Origin: Clostridia bacterium
Lineage (GTDB): Bacteria > Bacillota > Clostridia > Christensenellales > Borkfalkiaceae
Direction of reading: 5' to 3'
NCBI GenBank assembly: GCA_017621155.1
Contig: JAGATP010000007.1
Location: 14,204-78,203 of the forward strand
DNA length: 64,000 bases
A program made the translations under genes and the position numbers. The notes under the pieces are model-generated. The model was given only the letters and a program-made list of their open reading frames with translations. It was not told the DNA's origin and searched no databases. This document shows, in pieces, positions 25,691 to 35,695 of the stretch. The stretch's first letter is position 1, and each line of letters opens with the position of its first letter.

Positions 25691-27121
25691 ATGAAGGAAA
25701 CATCGGTCTGGCAGGGGGAGAGAAGAGAATATCCCGTGCTGAAGGAGAACATCGAGCGGGAGATCGCCGTCATCGGCGGGGGAATTGCGGGATTTTTGAC
25801 GGCGTTTTGCTTGGCGGAAGAGGGCAGGCAGGTCGTCCTGATCGAGGCGGACAGGCTGTTTTCGGGAACGACGGGAAAGACCACGGCGAAAGTCACCTGC
25901 AATCAGGGGAACGTCTATGCCGACCTTTCCCGCCGTTACGGGAAGGACGTGGCTGCGCTTTACTACCGTTCTCAAAGGGACGGAATGCAAAAAATCGCCG
26001 CCTTGGCAGAGAAGTACAAAATCGAGTGCGATTGGACGGAGACGGACAGCTACATCTTTTCGTCGGAAGCGTTTGAACAGCTGAAGGAGTCCTTTTCCGT
26101 CCTGCGCGAAGCGGGCGCGGACTGCGAATGGGTCGGCAAGGTCAAAGAGGTGCGGGCAAAGTGCGCCCTGAAGATGGGGAAACAATTCCTCTTCGACCCG
26201 CTGAAATTTTTGACTTCGCTTCCCGTCCACTTCGAAATCTACGAGCATACGCGTGCGGTGAAAATCGACGCCGCAGCCAAACGGATTATGACCGATCGGG
26301 CTTGCATTTCCGCCAAGACTATCGTCGTCGCCACGCATTATCCCATCGTCAATTCGCACGGGTGGTATTTCATGAAATTAAGGCAGTCCACGTCGTATAC
26401 GCTGGCGGTGAAGGAGCGGCTCGTCGATGCGATGTATCTGGACGAGAAAGAGGACGGGCTGTCCCTGCGCCCGTATGCGGGCGGCACGCTGATCGGCGGA
26501 GAAGATCACCGCACGGGCAGGGTCGGCGATGGCGGGCACTTTCAGCGCCTCGAAGAGAGCGCAAAAAGGCTGTTCGGCGAAGTGACGGTCACGCACCGCT
26601 GGTGCGCGGAGGACGTTATGACCTTCGACGGGCTTCCCATGGCGGGGAAGTATGCGCACGGGCTGGACGGCGTGTACGTGGTGACGGGCTTTCAAAAGTG
26701 GGGCATGGCAAATTCCGCGGTGTGCGCCGATCTTTTGACCGACCTTGTCGCGGGCAGAAAGAACGACTATGCGGCGCTCTTTTCCCCGCAGCGAAAAATT
26801 TACGATTCGTTCGGGGACTTTTGCTCGAACGCGCTCGTCAACGTCGCGGGACTCTTCGCGGGGTATCTCGGCATTCCGCTGAAAACCTCGGCGGACGTCC
26901 CTTTGGACGAGGGCATGGTGGTCTGGCACGAGGGAAAGAGGCGGGCGGTCTATCGCGATAGGGACGGCAAGCTGTACGTCATCGGGAGCAGGTGCGCGCA
27001 CATGGGCTGCGAGCTTCAATGGAATGCAGATACCCATACCTGGGATTGCCCTTGCCACGGCTCGCGCTACGATGTTTACGGAAATATCCTCGCCGAACCG
27101 ACGACAAAGCGAGATCAATGA
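25691..27121 (+). CDS. FAD-dependent oxidoreductase fused to a C-terminal Rieske [2Fe-2S] domain (YhfW-like architecture)
   Basis: I take the start at MKETSVW with a GGGAGG SD. N-terminal motif IAVIGGGIAGFLTA. C-terminal Rieske motif CAHMGC...CPCHGSRY. Confidence 0.85.
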   Translation: MKETSVWQGERREYPVLKENIEREIAVIGGGIAGFLTAFCLAEEGRQVVLIEADRLFSGTTGKTTAKVTCNQGNVYADLSRRYGKDVAALYYRSQRDGMQKIAALAEKYKIECDWTETDSYIFSSEAFEQLKESFSVLREAGADCEWVGKVKEVRAKCALKMGKQFLFDPLKFLTSLPVHFEIYEHTRAVKIDAAAKRIMTDRACISAKTIVVATHYPIVNSHGWYFMKLRQSTSYTLAVKERLVDAMYLDEKEDGLSLRPYAGGTLIGGEDHRTGRVGDGGHFQRLEESAKRLFGEVTVTHRWCAEDVMTFDGLPMAGKYAHGLDGVYVVTGFQKWGMANSAVCADLLTDLVAGRKNDYAALFSPQRKIYDSFGDFCSNALVNVAGLFAGYLGIPLKTSADVPLDEGMVVWHEGKRRAVYRDRDGKLYVIGSRCAHMGCELQWNADTHTWDCPCHGSRYDVYGNILAEPTTKRDQ

Positions 27122-27279
27122 TTAGAGCGTGTTCACACGAACGCTCAACGCACATCTTTTGGCATATTTTCCGCATGACTTCGTTACTCGTCGGTTAAAT
27201 ACGTCTAGTATTCTCCCTCCTCGCGCCTTGTCCTGCAAAAAATCTGCTCAAAATCTGCGCATTTCGGATCGTGAGAACG

Positions 27280-27318
27280 CGCTCAAAAGAGAGCGGCTCC
27301 GCAAAAAGCAGAGCCGCT
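27280..27318 (-). terminator. probable terminator after kdpE
   Basis: Stem AGCGGCTC/GAGCCGCT. On the minus strand it is followed by CTCTCTTTTGAG. Confidence 0.5.
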
Positions 27319-27321
27319 TCG

Positions 27322-28017
27322 CTATTCTTGTTTTAACATGCGATACCCCACGCCGACGTGCGTCTGAATGTATTGGGGAGAGTTGGGGTCGGATTCGATC
27401 TTCTTTCGCAAGGTCGCCATAAAGACGCGGAGGGAAGCCACGTTGTTCTCCCACGCCGCGCCCCATATTTTTTGGGTGAGATAGGTGTGCGTCAATACCT
27501 TGCCCACGTTTTGAGATAATAGGCACAGGAGCTTGTATTCGATGGGGGTTAAGTGCAATTCCTTTTCTCCGAGGAAGGCGCAGCCTGCGGAAAAGTCGAT
27601 TTTGAGCTTCCCGTTCACGAAGATAGACTCTCCCTTTTCCGTGCCGTGCGCGCTCAACCGCCGCCCCGTGGCGCGCAGCCTTGCGAGCAGCTCTTCGACC
27701 GAAAAGGGTTTTGTCAGGTAGTCGTCCGCCCCTGAATCCAACGCCTCGATTTTGTCCCGATCTTCGCTCCTCGCGCTGATGACGATAATCGGCAGATCCG
27801 ACCAGGCGCGGATGCTTTTGATGACGTCGATGCCGTCCATGTCTGGAAGCCCCAGATCGAGAAACACGATGTCGGGATTGTGGGAAGAAGCCAGCATAAT
27901 CGCCTCTTCGCCGTTTGTCGCCGTCAGAAATTTGTAACCTCGGACTTTCAGCGTCGTCGTGATGAGGTTGCGGACGGCTGCGTCGTCTTCGACGACCAAT
28001 AGGAAGATATTATTCAT
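27322..28017 (-). CDS. kdpE: OmpR-family response regulator, KdpE-like
   Basis: 231 aa. Receiver (VFLDLGLPDMDG, IIVISAR) plus a winged-helix domain. It overlaps the upstream KdpD-like kinase gene by 8 nt. Confidence 0.85.
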   Translation of the reverse strand: MNNIFLLVVEDDAAVRNLITTTLKVRGYKFLTATNGEEAIMLASSHNPDIVFLDLGLPDMDGIDVIKSIRAWSDLPIIVISARSEDRDKIEALDSGADDYLTKPFSVEELLARLRATGRRLSAHGTEKGESIFVNGKLKIDFSAGCAFLGEKELHLTPIEYKLLCLLSQNVGKVLTHTYLTQKIWGAAWENNVASLRVFMATLRKKIESDPNSPQYIQTHVGVGYRMLKQE

Positions 28018-29995
28018 GAATTGTCACCTCGCTGATGGGCAGAGTAAACGTAAAGACCGCGCCCTTGGGAGAATTGTCCGAAAGCGCAATCGTCCCGCCG
28101 TGTACGTGGAGAATGGATTTGCAGAGCGCAAGCCCCAAGCCAAGACTTCTTCGGCTGTCGGCGACCGCGTTGGCGCCCGTATAAAAGAGATCGAACACGT
28201 GCGGCTTCGCCTCGTCGGGAATGCCGTTTCCGTTGTCGGCAATGCGAATGACCGCCTTGTCCCCTTGGCGTTTTGTCTCGATTGTAATCTCAGAGCCGGG
28301 CGGCGTGTATTTGATGGCGTTGTCCACGAGATTGACGATGACCTGCACGATCAGCCGCGCGTCCATTTTGGCGAGCAGCCATTCGTCCTCGTGACAAACG
28401 GTGATGGTGTGCTCGTCCTTTTTTCCGTGAACGTGCTTTAAGGCTTCGGCGACGACTTCGTCGACGAGCTCGGCGGTAGGGTTTAAATTCATCTTTCCCT
28501 CTTCCAGACGGGTGACGGACAAAAGGTTTTCCACAAGGTCGATCAGCCATAGGGAATCGTCGTAAATGTCCGCGTACATCTGCCGCTTGGTCTCCTCGTC
28601 GAGGGTTTCCCCGCTCGCCATCAAATTGTTTGCATTGCCGGAGATGGCAGTCAAGGGGGTGCGCAGATCGTGGGAAATGGCGCGCAGGAGATTGGCGCGG
28701 AGCTGTTCGTTCTCCGCGAGGATTGCCGCCGATTCCTTTTCCTTTGCGTTGTAATTGCTCTCGAGGGCGAGGGTGCACTCTCCGACGATGGAAAGGAGCA
28801 GGCTGTTTTCAAAGGAATCGATGGAGCGCTCGTCCACGCGGACGCCGATCGTGCCGTAAACCTTTTCTCCCGTGCCGATGGGAAAAAAGGCGCACCGCGA
28901 AAGGGGTGCAAGGGAGGAAAGGTCGGAGGGCTTGTTGGCTTGAAAGACCCATAGGGCAAGCTCGCGCTCCCGTTCGGAGAGGGCAAAGCCTTCGTCGGGG
29001 GAAAGGCAATCGGGGCGCATTGTCGTGAGCTTGTCCCCCTCTGCCGCGCAAATGACGATGTCCCGCTGCAAGAGCTTTTTGAGCTGCTTTGCCGTCACGT
29101 CCAGAATTTCGGACTGCGTCTTTGCTCCTTGCAAAAGGCGGTTGGAATCGAGCAAAATCTTCGTCCGATAGGCTGCCTTGGAGGCTTGCTTTGCCTGATC
29201 TTTCATCTTTGCCGCAAGGCTGCCCGCAATCAGCGAGGCGATGAGCATGACGAGAAAGGTTACGGGGTATCCCTTGTCGTAGGCGAGCAGGGTAAACTTC
29301 GGCGTGGTGAATAAAAAGTTGAAGACAAGGACGCTCGCCACCGAAGAAAATCCCCAGCATAGTTTGCTGTTCGTCGCGACGGAGGTGACGAGGACGCCGA
29401 GAATGTACACGGTGATGATGTTTGCTTCGGTAAAGCCGAGCCGGGAAAACAAAAATCCGATGACGGAAGTCAGGGCGAGAATGGCGATGCTGACGGCAAG
29501 GTCTTTGAGGGTGGAGAGAGCGGGCTTCCTTTCAAAGAGCCTTTTCCTTTGCTCGTTGAGATCTGCCGCGCCGTCGGGAATGATGTAAATGTCGATGTCG
29601 GGCGCAAGCGCGATCAGTCTGTCGGTGAGCGTCGGCGTCCCGAAAAATTTTTTGTGCTTTGCGGCAGTCCTTCCCAGCACGATTTTCGTCACCCCCGACA
29701 GCCTCGCGTATTCCGCAAGCTGAAAGGGAACGTCGTCCCCGCAGACGGTGGCGACGGCTGCACCCGATGCCTCCGCGAGGCGGACGTTGCTTTGCAGGCG
29801 CTTTTTGTCCTGTTCGCTCATCCCCTCGGAAGAAGGGGTCTGAATGTACAGAGCCGTAAAGGAAGCGTGGAAGGCTCGCGCCATTTTCGCGGCGGTCTGC
29901 ACGATTTTTGCATTGGAGGGCGCGGAAGATAAGCCGACCAGAATATGTTCCGGTCTTTCGCTTGGATCGGCGGTTGCTTCATTTCGTATGGTCAT
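28010..29995 (-). CDS. kdpD: KdpD-like sensor histidine kinase lacking the N-terminal KdpD P-loop domain
   Basis: I take the start at MTIRNEATAD. USP-like N-terminus (ILVGLSSAPSNAKIV...), a TM block, a GAF-like region, HisKA (SHDLRTPLTAISG) and HATPase (GLGLALCKSIL). Confidence 0.82.
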   Translation of the reverse strand: MTIRNEATADPSERPEHILVGLSSAPSNAKIVQTAAKMARAFHASFTALYIQTPSSEGMSEQDKKRLQSNVRLAEASGAAVATVCGDDVPFQLAEYARLSGVTKIVLGRTAAKHKKFFGTPTLTDRLIALAPDIDIYIIPDGAADLNEQRKRLFERKPALSTLKDLAVSIAILALTSVIGFLFSRLGFTEANIITVYILGVLVTSVATNSKLCWGFSSVASVLVFNFLFTTPKFTLLAYDKGYPVTFLVMLIASLIAGSLAAKMKDQAKQASKAAYRTKILLDSNRLLQGAKTQSEILDVTAKQLKKLLQRDIVICAAEGDKLTTMRPDCLSPDEGFALSERERELALWVFQANKPSDLSSLAPLSRCAFFPIGTGEKVYGTIGVRVDERSIDSFENSLLLSIVGECTLALESNYNAKEKESAAILAENEQLRANLLRAISHDLRTPLTAISGNANNLMASGETLDEETKRQMYADIYDDSLWLIDLVENLLSVTRLEEGKMNLNPTAELVDEVVAEALKHVHGKKDEHTITVCHEDEWLLAKMDARLIVQVIVNLVDNAIKYTPPGSEITIETKRQGDKAVIRIADNGNGIPDEAKPHVFDLFYTGANAVADSRRSLGLGLALCKSILHVHGGTIALSDNSPKGAVFTFTLPISEVTIHE

Positions 29996-30060
29996 GATTT
30001 CCTTTCTCCTATTCCGATTATACCATAGTTTGCAAAAGGATACCACCGATTTTTGCCTGA

Positions 30061-30267
30061 TTATTTGTTTTTGGGTTCGGCATTTTTTTCCGTTTCCCTT
30101 TCGGAAGCCTTTTTTTCCTTCGATTGTTTGTCCTTGAGGCGCGCGTGCCGACGCTTTCGAGCGGATTTTTTGTTGTCTTCCAAAAAGCCGCCGAGACGCA
30201 ATGTGGCGAAAAAGCCGAAGATCATGACGCTGAAAAACAAAACGATCAGGATAATGTTTTCCTCCAT
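30061..30267 (-). CDS. small single-TM protein with a Lys/Arg/Glu-rich tail
   Basis: I take the start at MEENIILIVLFFSVMIFGFF with an AGGAGG SD 7 nt upstream. 68 aa. Confidence 0.55.
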   Translation of the reverse strand: MEENIILIVLFFSVMIFGFFATLRLGGFLEDNKKSARKRRHARLKDKQSKEKKASERETEKNAEPKNK

Positions 30268-30295
30268 GATACAGCCTCCTTTGGCAACGCGGCGC

Positions 30296-30949
30296 TTATA
30301 GGTCAAAGCATTTTTGCAGGGTTTTGTATTCTCCCAGCACGAGCAGCGTTTTTTCCTCGGTCAAGACCATGTCGGGCGTGACCGAAACGTCGATTTTTCC
30401 GCCCTTCTTGATTGCCAGGATATTGATTTCGTACTTTTTTCGGATGTCGATCTGCCCGATGCTCTTTCCGAGCCACCCTTTGGGAACGGAGACTTCGAAG
30501 ATGGCGTGCGCGTCGTCCAGCTCGATGTAATCGAGGATGTGGTCTGCGCTGTAGCGAATCGCCGTCCAATACGCCAATTGCTTTTCGGGGTAGACGATTT
30601 CATCCGCGCCGTTGCGGAGCAAAAATTTCGCCTGTCCGTCCCGCTCTGCGCGGGAGACTACCTTTTTCGCGCCGAGTTCCTTCAAAAGGCTCGTCGTCTC
30701 GAGGGAGCTTTGAAAGTTTCCCCCGATGGCGACGATGCAGACGTCGTAATGATCGACGCCGAGGGTCGTCAAAAAGGCTTCGTTCGTGCTGTCTCCGATC
30801 TGTCCGTTCGTGACGATGGGCATCACGTCGTTGACCCGCTCCTCGTTTTGGTCGATTGCCATAACTTCGTGTCCGAGCTCGTTGAGCTTGATGGCGATGT
30901 GTCTGCCGAATCTTCCGATCCCTATGAGTAGTATGCTTTTCTTTTTCAT
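30296..30949 (-). CDS. trkA: Trk/Ktr potassium uptake system, NAD-binding RCK subunit
   Basis: I take the start at MKKKSILLIGIGRFGRHIA (Rossmann GxGxxG). RCK_N plus RCK_C organisation, 217 aa. Confidence 0.88.
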   Translation of the reverse strand: MKKKSILLIGIGRFGRHIAIKLNELGHEVMAIDQNEERVNDVMPIVTNGQIGDSTNEAFLTTLGVDHYDVCIVAIGGNFQSSLETTSLLKELGAKKVVSRAERDGQAKFLLRNGADEIVYPEKQLAYWTAIRYSADHILDYIELDDAHAIFEVSVPKGWLGKSIGQIDIRKKYEINILAIKKGGKIDVSVTPDMVLTEEKTLLVLGEYKTLQKCFDL

Positions 30950-30992
30950 GATTATCTCCTTAAGCGAGCGGTTATCAGTTAGAACCGTTCGC

Positions 30993-32321
30993 CTATCCGA
31001 CCGTAATTTTATCGAGCGGAAGCTTGGACGTCGGCTTTTTCGCATTGCCGAGCGTCGCATAGATGAGGGTAAGTCCGCCGACCCTTCCGAAGAACATCAA
31101 AATCATCAGAATGATTTTGGACGAAAGGTGCAGCGTCGGCGTAATGCCGAGGGACAGCCCGACCGTGCCGATTGCCGAAGCCGTTTCGTAAAGGCAGGTC
31201 GGAAGGGGAAGTCCTTCGATCGCGGCGATGAGTGCCCCGCCCGCAAGAAAGAGGGTCAGATAGAGCAGAAAGATGGTTGCCGCGTGTTTGACCGTGTTAT
31301 CGTCGATGCGCCGCTTTATGAGCTCGGCGTTTTCCTTTTTGCGGAATACGGACAGGGCGCAGGCGAAGAGCACCGCAATCGTAGTCGTCTTCATGCCGCC
31401 CGCGGTAGAGCCGGGCGCGCCGCCGACGAGCATGAGCGCGATGAGAAGGAGAGAGCCGCCTTCGCTGATCTGTGTTAAGTCCACCGTGTTAAAGCCCGCC
31501 GTTCTCGGTGTAATCGATTGAAAGAGGGAGGCGGCGATTCTCTCGCCCAAGGGCATTCCCGTAAATTCGAAGAAAAAGAAATACAGCGCGGGGAGGAGAA
31601 TGAGAATCCCCGTCATGCTTAAAATGACCTTGCTCTGCATCCGATATTTGCCGATGCGCCATTTTTGGGTGTAAACGTCCTCCCAGGTCACAAAGCCGAT
31701 GCCGCCGATGACGATCAAGAGCAGAATGGTGAGATTGATGAGCGGGTGGGATACGTAGCTCGTCAGAGACGAAAATTCGCCGACGCTGCCCATCAGGTCG
31801 AAGCCCGCGTTGCAGAAGGCGGAGACGGAATGAAAGATCGCCATCCAAATCCCCCGGACGCCGAAATCCATGCAAAAGACGGGCAGCATGACGAGCGCGC
31901 CAAGTAGCTCGATCAGGAGAAATCGCTTGACGAGAAAGCGGGTCAGCTTCGTCACGCCGCCGATGTCCGGCGCGGAAATGGCTTCCTTGATCGTGTCGCG
32001 TCCAGACAGTCCGATTTTTCTCCCCGATGCGAGGGCGAACAGAGTCGCCACCGTCACGATTCCCATGCCCCCCGTTTGAATGAGGAGCAGAATGACGATT
32101 TGTCCGAAGAGCGACCAATGCGTCGCGGTGTCAAAGACGACCAGCCCCGTCACGCATACGGCGGAGGTCGCGGTGAACAGAGCGTCCGAAAAGCGCGTGA
32201 CTTCTCTCGAACTTGAGGAGAGGGGAAGGATGAGCAGAACAGTTCCGATGAAAATGACCGCAGCAAAGCCCAATAGGATAATCTGAAAGGGCGATAGCTT
32301 GAATTTTGGTTTTAAGCCCAT
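30993..32321 (-). CDS. trkH: TrkH/KtrB-family cation transporter
   Basis: 442 aa, polytopic. Four pore-loop-like motifs (QTGGMG, NAGFD, RTAGFN, GSTAGGMK). Confidence 0.88.
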   Translation of the reverse strand: MGLKPKFKLSPFQIILLGFAAVIFIGTVLLILPLSSSSREVTRFSDALFTATSAVCVTGLVVFDTATHWSLFGQIVILLLIQTGGMGIVTVATLFALASGRKIGLSGRDTIKEAISAPDIGGVTKLTRFLVKRFLLIELLGALVMLPVFCMDFGVRGIWMAIFHSVSAFCNAGFDLMGSVGEFSSLTSYVSHPLINLTILLLIVIGGIGFVTWEDVYTQKWRIGKYRMQSKVILSMTGILILLPALYFFFFEFTGMPLGERIAASLFQSITPRTAGFNTVDLTQISEGGSLLLIALMLVGGAPGSTAGGMKTTTIAVLFACALSVFRKKENAELIKRRIDDNTVKHAATIFLLYLTLFLAGGALIAAIEGLPLPTCLYETASAIGTVGLSLGITPTLHLSSKIILMILMFFGRVGGLTLIYATLGNAKKPTSKLPLDKITVG

Positions 32322-32420
32322 GAGAAGACCTCTTAATATTCTGATTGTATTTTATCATAGTTCCTGCAAAGAGCGCGTTAGCGTTTCCTTCTTTTCCATT
32401 AAGATTGTATAAAGAGCATG

Positions 32421-32450
32421 AAAAAAACCCGCTCGAAAATTCGAGCGGGC
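32421..32450 (-). terminator. intrinsic terminator after glyQS
   Basis: The minus strand reads CCCGCTCGA-attt-TCGAGCGGG followed by TTTTTTT. Confidence 0.85.
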
Positions 32451-32464
32451 GTAGAATGAGAAAA

Positions 32465-33871
32465 TCAGAAGTCGATTTTTTCCTGAATATAAGCTGCGAC
32501 TTCGGAAATGGGCAGGCGTACCTGCTGCATGGAATCGCGTTCGCGGATGGTGACGGTGTTGTCTTCCAAGGTGTCGAAATCGACGGTCAGGCAGAAGGGC
32601 GTACCGATTTCATCCTGCCGACGATAGCGCTTGCCGATGGAGCCCGTCACGTCGTAAGTGCAGGGGAAGCACTTCGAAAGGGAGGCGAAGATTTCGTCCG
32701 CTTTGTCGGAGAGCTTCTTTTGCAGGGGAAGCACCGCGCACTTGTAGGGCGCAAGGGCGGGGGAGAGGCGGAGCACCGTTCTTACGTCGTTCTTTTCGGC
32801 GTCGAGCACTTCCTCGTCGTAAGCGTCCGTCAAAAAGGCGAGCAGGCACCGTTCCACGCCGAGGGACGGCTCGATGACGTAGGGCACGTACTTTGCGTTG
32901 GTGACGGGGTCGGTGTATTCCATGCTTTCTCCGCTCTCTTTCTGGTGCTGGGTCAAATCGTAATCCGTTCTATCGGCAACGCCCCAAAGCTCGCCCCAAC
33001 CGAAGGCGAAGTTATACTCAAAGTCCGTCGTTGCCTTTGAATAGAAACAAAGATCTTCGGGCGAGTGGTCGCGGAGTTTCAGATTTTCCTCCTTCATGCC
33101 GAGGGAAAGAAGCCACTCTTTGCAGAAGTTCTTCCAATAATTGAACCATTCAAGGTCGGTCCCCGGTTCGCAGAAAAACTCCATCTCCATCTGCTCGAAT
33201 TCACGCACGCGGAAGATGAAGTTTCCCGGCGTGATTTCGTTTCGGAAGGATTTTCCGATTTGTCCGATGCCGAAGGGAACTTTCATTCTCGTCGAGCGCT
33301 GAACGTTTTTGAAATTGACGAAAATGCCCTGCGCCGTTTCGGGACGGAGATAAACGGTATTGGTCGTATCCTCCGTCACGCCCTGAAAGGTCTTGAACAT
33401 CAGGTTGAATTTACGAATGGGGGTAAAGTCGTGCTTTCCGCAGTTGGGGCAGTTGATCTGCTTTTCTTCGATGAACGCTTCGAACTTGTCGTTGTCCCAG
33501 CCCGCAATGTCGATGTCGAGCTTGTGCGATTTGATATAATCCTCGATGAGGTTGTCCGCTCTGTGGCGGGTCTTGCAGCTTCTGCAATCCATGAGGGGAT
33601 CGGAAAAGCCGCCGAGGTGTCCCGAAGCCTTCCAGGTGCGGGGATTCATCAAAATGGCGCAGTCAACGCCGGTGGTAAGGGGATTTTCCTGCACGAATTT
33701 TTTCCACCATGCCTTTTTGATGTTGTTTTTGAGTTCCACGCCGAGAGGGCCGTAGTCCCACGTATTGGCAAGTCCGCCGTAAATTTCACTGCCGGGGAAG
33801 ATGAATCCGCGATTCTTGCAGAGCGCAACGAGCTTTTCCATCGTCACGGCTCTCTTTTGAGTTTCTGCCAT
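32465..33871 (-). CDS. glyQS: glycine--tRNA ligase (alpha2 type)
   Basis: 468 aa with the motif [24 protein letters not shown]. An alternative start at MEKLV lies 10 codons downstream. Confidence 0.93.
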   Translation of the reverse strand: MAETQKRAVTMEKLVALCKNRGFIFPGSEIYGGLANTWDYGPLGVELKNNIKKAWWKKFVQENPLTTGVDCAILMNPRTWKASGHLGGFSDPLMDCRSCKTRHRADNLIEDYIKSHKLDIDIAGWDNDKFEAFIEEKQINCPNCGKHDFTPIRKFNLMFKTFQGVTEDTTNTVYLRPETAQGIFVNFKNVQRSTRMKVPFGIGQIGKSFRNEITPGNFIFRVREFEQMEMEFFCEPGTDLEWFNYWKNFCKEWLLSLGMKEENLKLRDHSPEDLCFYSKATTDFEYNFAFGWGELWGVADRTDYDLTQHQKESGESMEYTDPVTNAKYVPYVIEPSLGVERCLLAFLTDAYDEEVLDAEKNDVRTVLRLSPALAPYKCAVLPLQKKLSDKADEIFASLSKCFPCTYDVTGSIGKRYRRQDEIGTPFCLTVDFDTLEDNTVTIRERDSMQQVRLPISEVAAYIQEKIDF

Positions 33872-33904
33872 ATGCGCACCGTTCCTTAACTGTTTTTTTG
33901 ATCT

Positions 33905-33933
33905 ATTATAAGAAATTCACAAAAAATAGTCAA
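33905..33933 (-). promoter_or_regulatory. sigma-A type promoter (TTGACT-17-TATAAT) for glyQS
   Basis: The reverse strand reads TTGACTattttttgtgaatttctTATAAT. Confidence 0.75.
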
Positions 33934-34015
33934 GCAATTCTTTTGCGGCTTTTGGGTAGTTTTGCGCTTTTTTTTAAAATCCGTTCCGCTGTCCGAACGG
34001 AATTTCTTGAAACCA

Positions 34016-34044
34016 TTGACAAAATTCGGAAATTACATTATAAT
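34016..34044 (+). promoter_or_regulatory. sigma-A type promoter (TTGACA-17-TATAAT)
   Basis: TTGACA at 34016-34021 and TATAAT at 34039-34044, about 30 nt before the ATG at 34076. Confidence 0.75.
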
Positions 34045-34075
34045 GAAGAAGAGAATAAAGAAAGGAGGTTGATCC

Positions 34076-35647
34076 ATGATCCTTCAAATTGTTTCCTGGG
34101 CGATTGTTCTCGTTCCGACCCTTGCCATACTGGCCACGATGCTCGTCCGCTCGTTCAAAAGCGGAATTGCCGTACAGGGGCTCCGTACGCTGTTTCATCT
34201 GATTGCCGTCGCGGCGTCCTTTTTCATCGCCCGCGCGCTTGCACCCGTCGTCTCCAAAGCCCTGATCGGCAGCGATTTTATCCTATCGGTTTTACATAAT
34301 GCAGTCGAAAGTTTCGTCCCCGAGAGCATGGTGACGTCCTTTGTCGAGCAGCTTGCCGTGGGCATCGCCGCGCCCGTTCTCTATCTCGGCGCGCTGATCG
34401 TGCTTGAAATCGCTTTCGTGTTTCTTTCCGCGCTGATCGCCCGACCCGTCAAAAAGGCGGTTTCCGCCCGCAGTTGGAGCGCTCCGCTCAAACTTTTGAG
34501 CAGAATTTCCGCCATCTCCCTCGCCGTCGTCACTGCTTTTGCGGTTTCCGCCCTCGCGATTATGCCCGTGACGGGGCTCATCGGAACGATCTCTTCCGTT
34601 TCGAAGAGCCTTGACGAAGCCGAAATGACCGAAAAAGGGGCGCTCGCCTTTGCCGAAGAGCTGAACGCCTGCCCCGTGGTGGAAATCGTCAACACGGCGA
34701 CGGGCTTTGTCTACGATCCGTTGACGGAATGCACCATCGACGGCATGACCGTTTCCGTTTCGAGGGACGTTCCCCCTTCCATTCCCGTGCTGGCAAGCTG
34801 CGTCAAGCAAATGCAGGGCATGGTCAATGAAATGTTCTCGGGCGATTTTAAAGACGCCGATCTTTCCGTCATTTCGAAGGTCGGAAAGGAAATCGAAAGC
34901 TCCGATGTGGCAAAAATCGTCTTTTCCACCGTCATGAAGGGGTTTGCCGAAGCCGCCGAAGCGGGGGATGTCTTCCTCGGCATCGATTTTTCCGAAACGG
35001 AAGACGATTCCACGTTGAATACCTTAAAGGTTGCCTTGACCGCCGCCTTCGGAGATACCACTCCCTTTACGGTTTCCGAGGATATGCAGATCTTCGAATC
35101 TGCCGCTTCCAGCTTGCAAAACACCCTCAAAGCGTTTGACGCCGTGAATGCGGACGACAAAGAATCGTCTTTGCAGTTCTTCCATAAGACCTTTGAAAAC
35201 ATGACGCCCGAGTCCGCCGCGCTTGCGGGCGAAATCGTCTCCGGCTCTCTCGAAATCGTAGCCGATCATCTCGGCGAGCAGATGTCGGGGGTCACACAGC
35301 TCATTCAGGACGTTTACACCGTCATGGGCGACGTCAAGGCAGACGACGCGGTGAGCGAGGAAAAGTTCAACCAAGAGGTTGTCATTCTCAACAATCTGTT
35401 CTCCGCCGCCGTTGCGCCCAGCATTGAAAACATTGAAGACATGGTTCAAAGCTATTCCTATTCGGACGCCATCTCGTCCGTGATCATGGAGACGGTAAAG
35501 GCGGGCAGCGATCCGCTCGGTATCGCTTCTTCCCTCAACGATGAGGCAAAGTCCACTCTCGTAAACGCCGTCAACGACTGCAAGGAAAACGGCGCAGACG
35601 TGGCAAAGCTCGACGCGCTCTTGGTATTCTTCGGAATGGGAGCATAA
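34076..35647 (+). CDS. membrane protein, unknown function (CvpA-like N-terminal TM region with a long soluble C-terminal part)
   Basis: 523 aa. AAAGGAGG SD. Several TM segments in the first roughly 170 aa. Confidence 0.65.
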   Translation: MILQIVSWAIVLVPTLAILATMLVRSFKSGIAVQGLRTLFHLIAVAASFFIARALAPVVSKALIGSDFILSVLHNAVESFVPESMVTSFVEQLAVGIAAPVLYLGALIVLEIAFVFLSALIARPVKKAVSARSWSAPLKLLSRISAISLAVVTAFAVSALAIMPVTGLIGTISSVSKSLDEAEMTEKGALAFAEELNACPVVEIVNTATGFVYDPLTECTIDGMTVSVSRDVPPSIPVLASCVKQMQGMVNEMFSGDFKDADLSVISKVGKEIESSDVAKIVFSTVMKGFAEAAEAGDVFLGIDFSETEDDSTLNTLKVALTAAFGDTTPFTVSEDMQIFESAASSLQNTLKAFDAVNADDKESSLQFFHKTFENMTPESAALAGEIVSGSLEIVADHLGEQMSGVTQLIQDVYTVMGDVKADDAVSEEKFNQEVVILNNLFSAAVAPSIENIEDMVQSYSYSDAISSVIMETVKAGSDPLGIASSLNDEAKSTLVNAVNDCKENGADVAKLDALLVFFGMGA

Positions 35648-35667
35648 CCGAATGAAAAAAGAGGAAA

Positions 35668-35695
35668 GGGCGATCCGTTGGGGTCGCCCTTTTTG
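35668..35695 (+). terminator. intrinsic terminator
   Basis: Stem GGGCGA/TCGCCC followed by TTTTT. Confidence 0.7.

Noticed and set aside
32322-32420. Expected ydaO/kimA-type c-di-AMP riboswitch ahead of the Trk genes
   Set aside because: Only about 100 nt are available. They contain a promoter-like TGATAAAAT/TACAAT and no conserved ydaO motifs.
33872-34075. Possible glycine T-box leader upstream of glyQS, including the hairpin CCGTTC...GAACGG at about 33981-34005
   Set aside because: The consensus glyQS promoter at 33905-33933 leaves only about a 30-nt leader. There is no T-box core sequence or specifier-loop architecture, and the hairpin lies upstream of that promoter.
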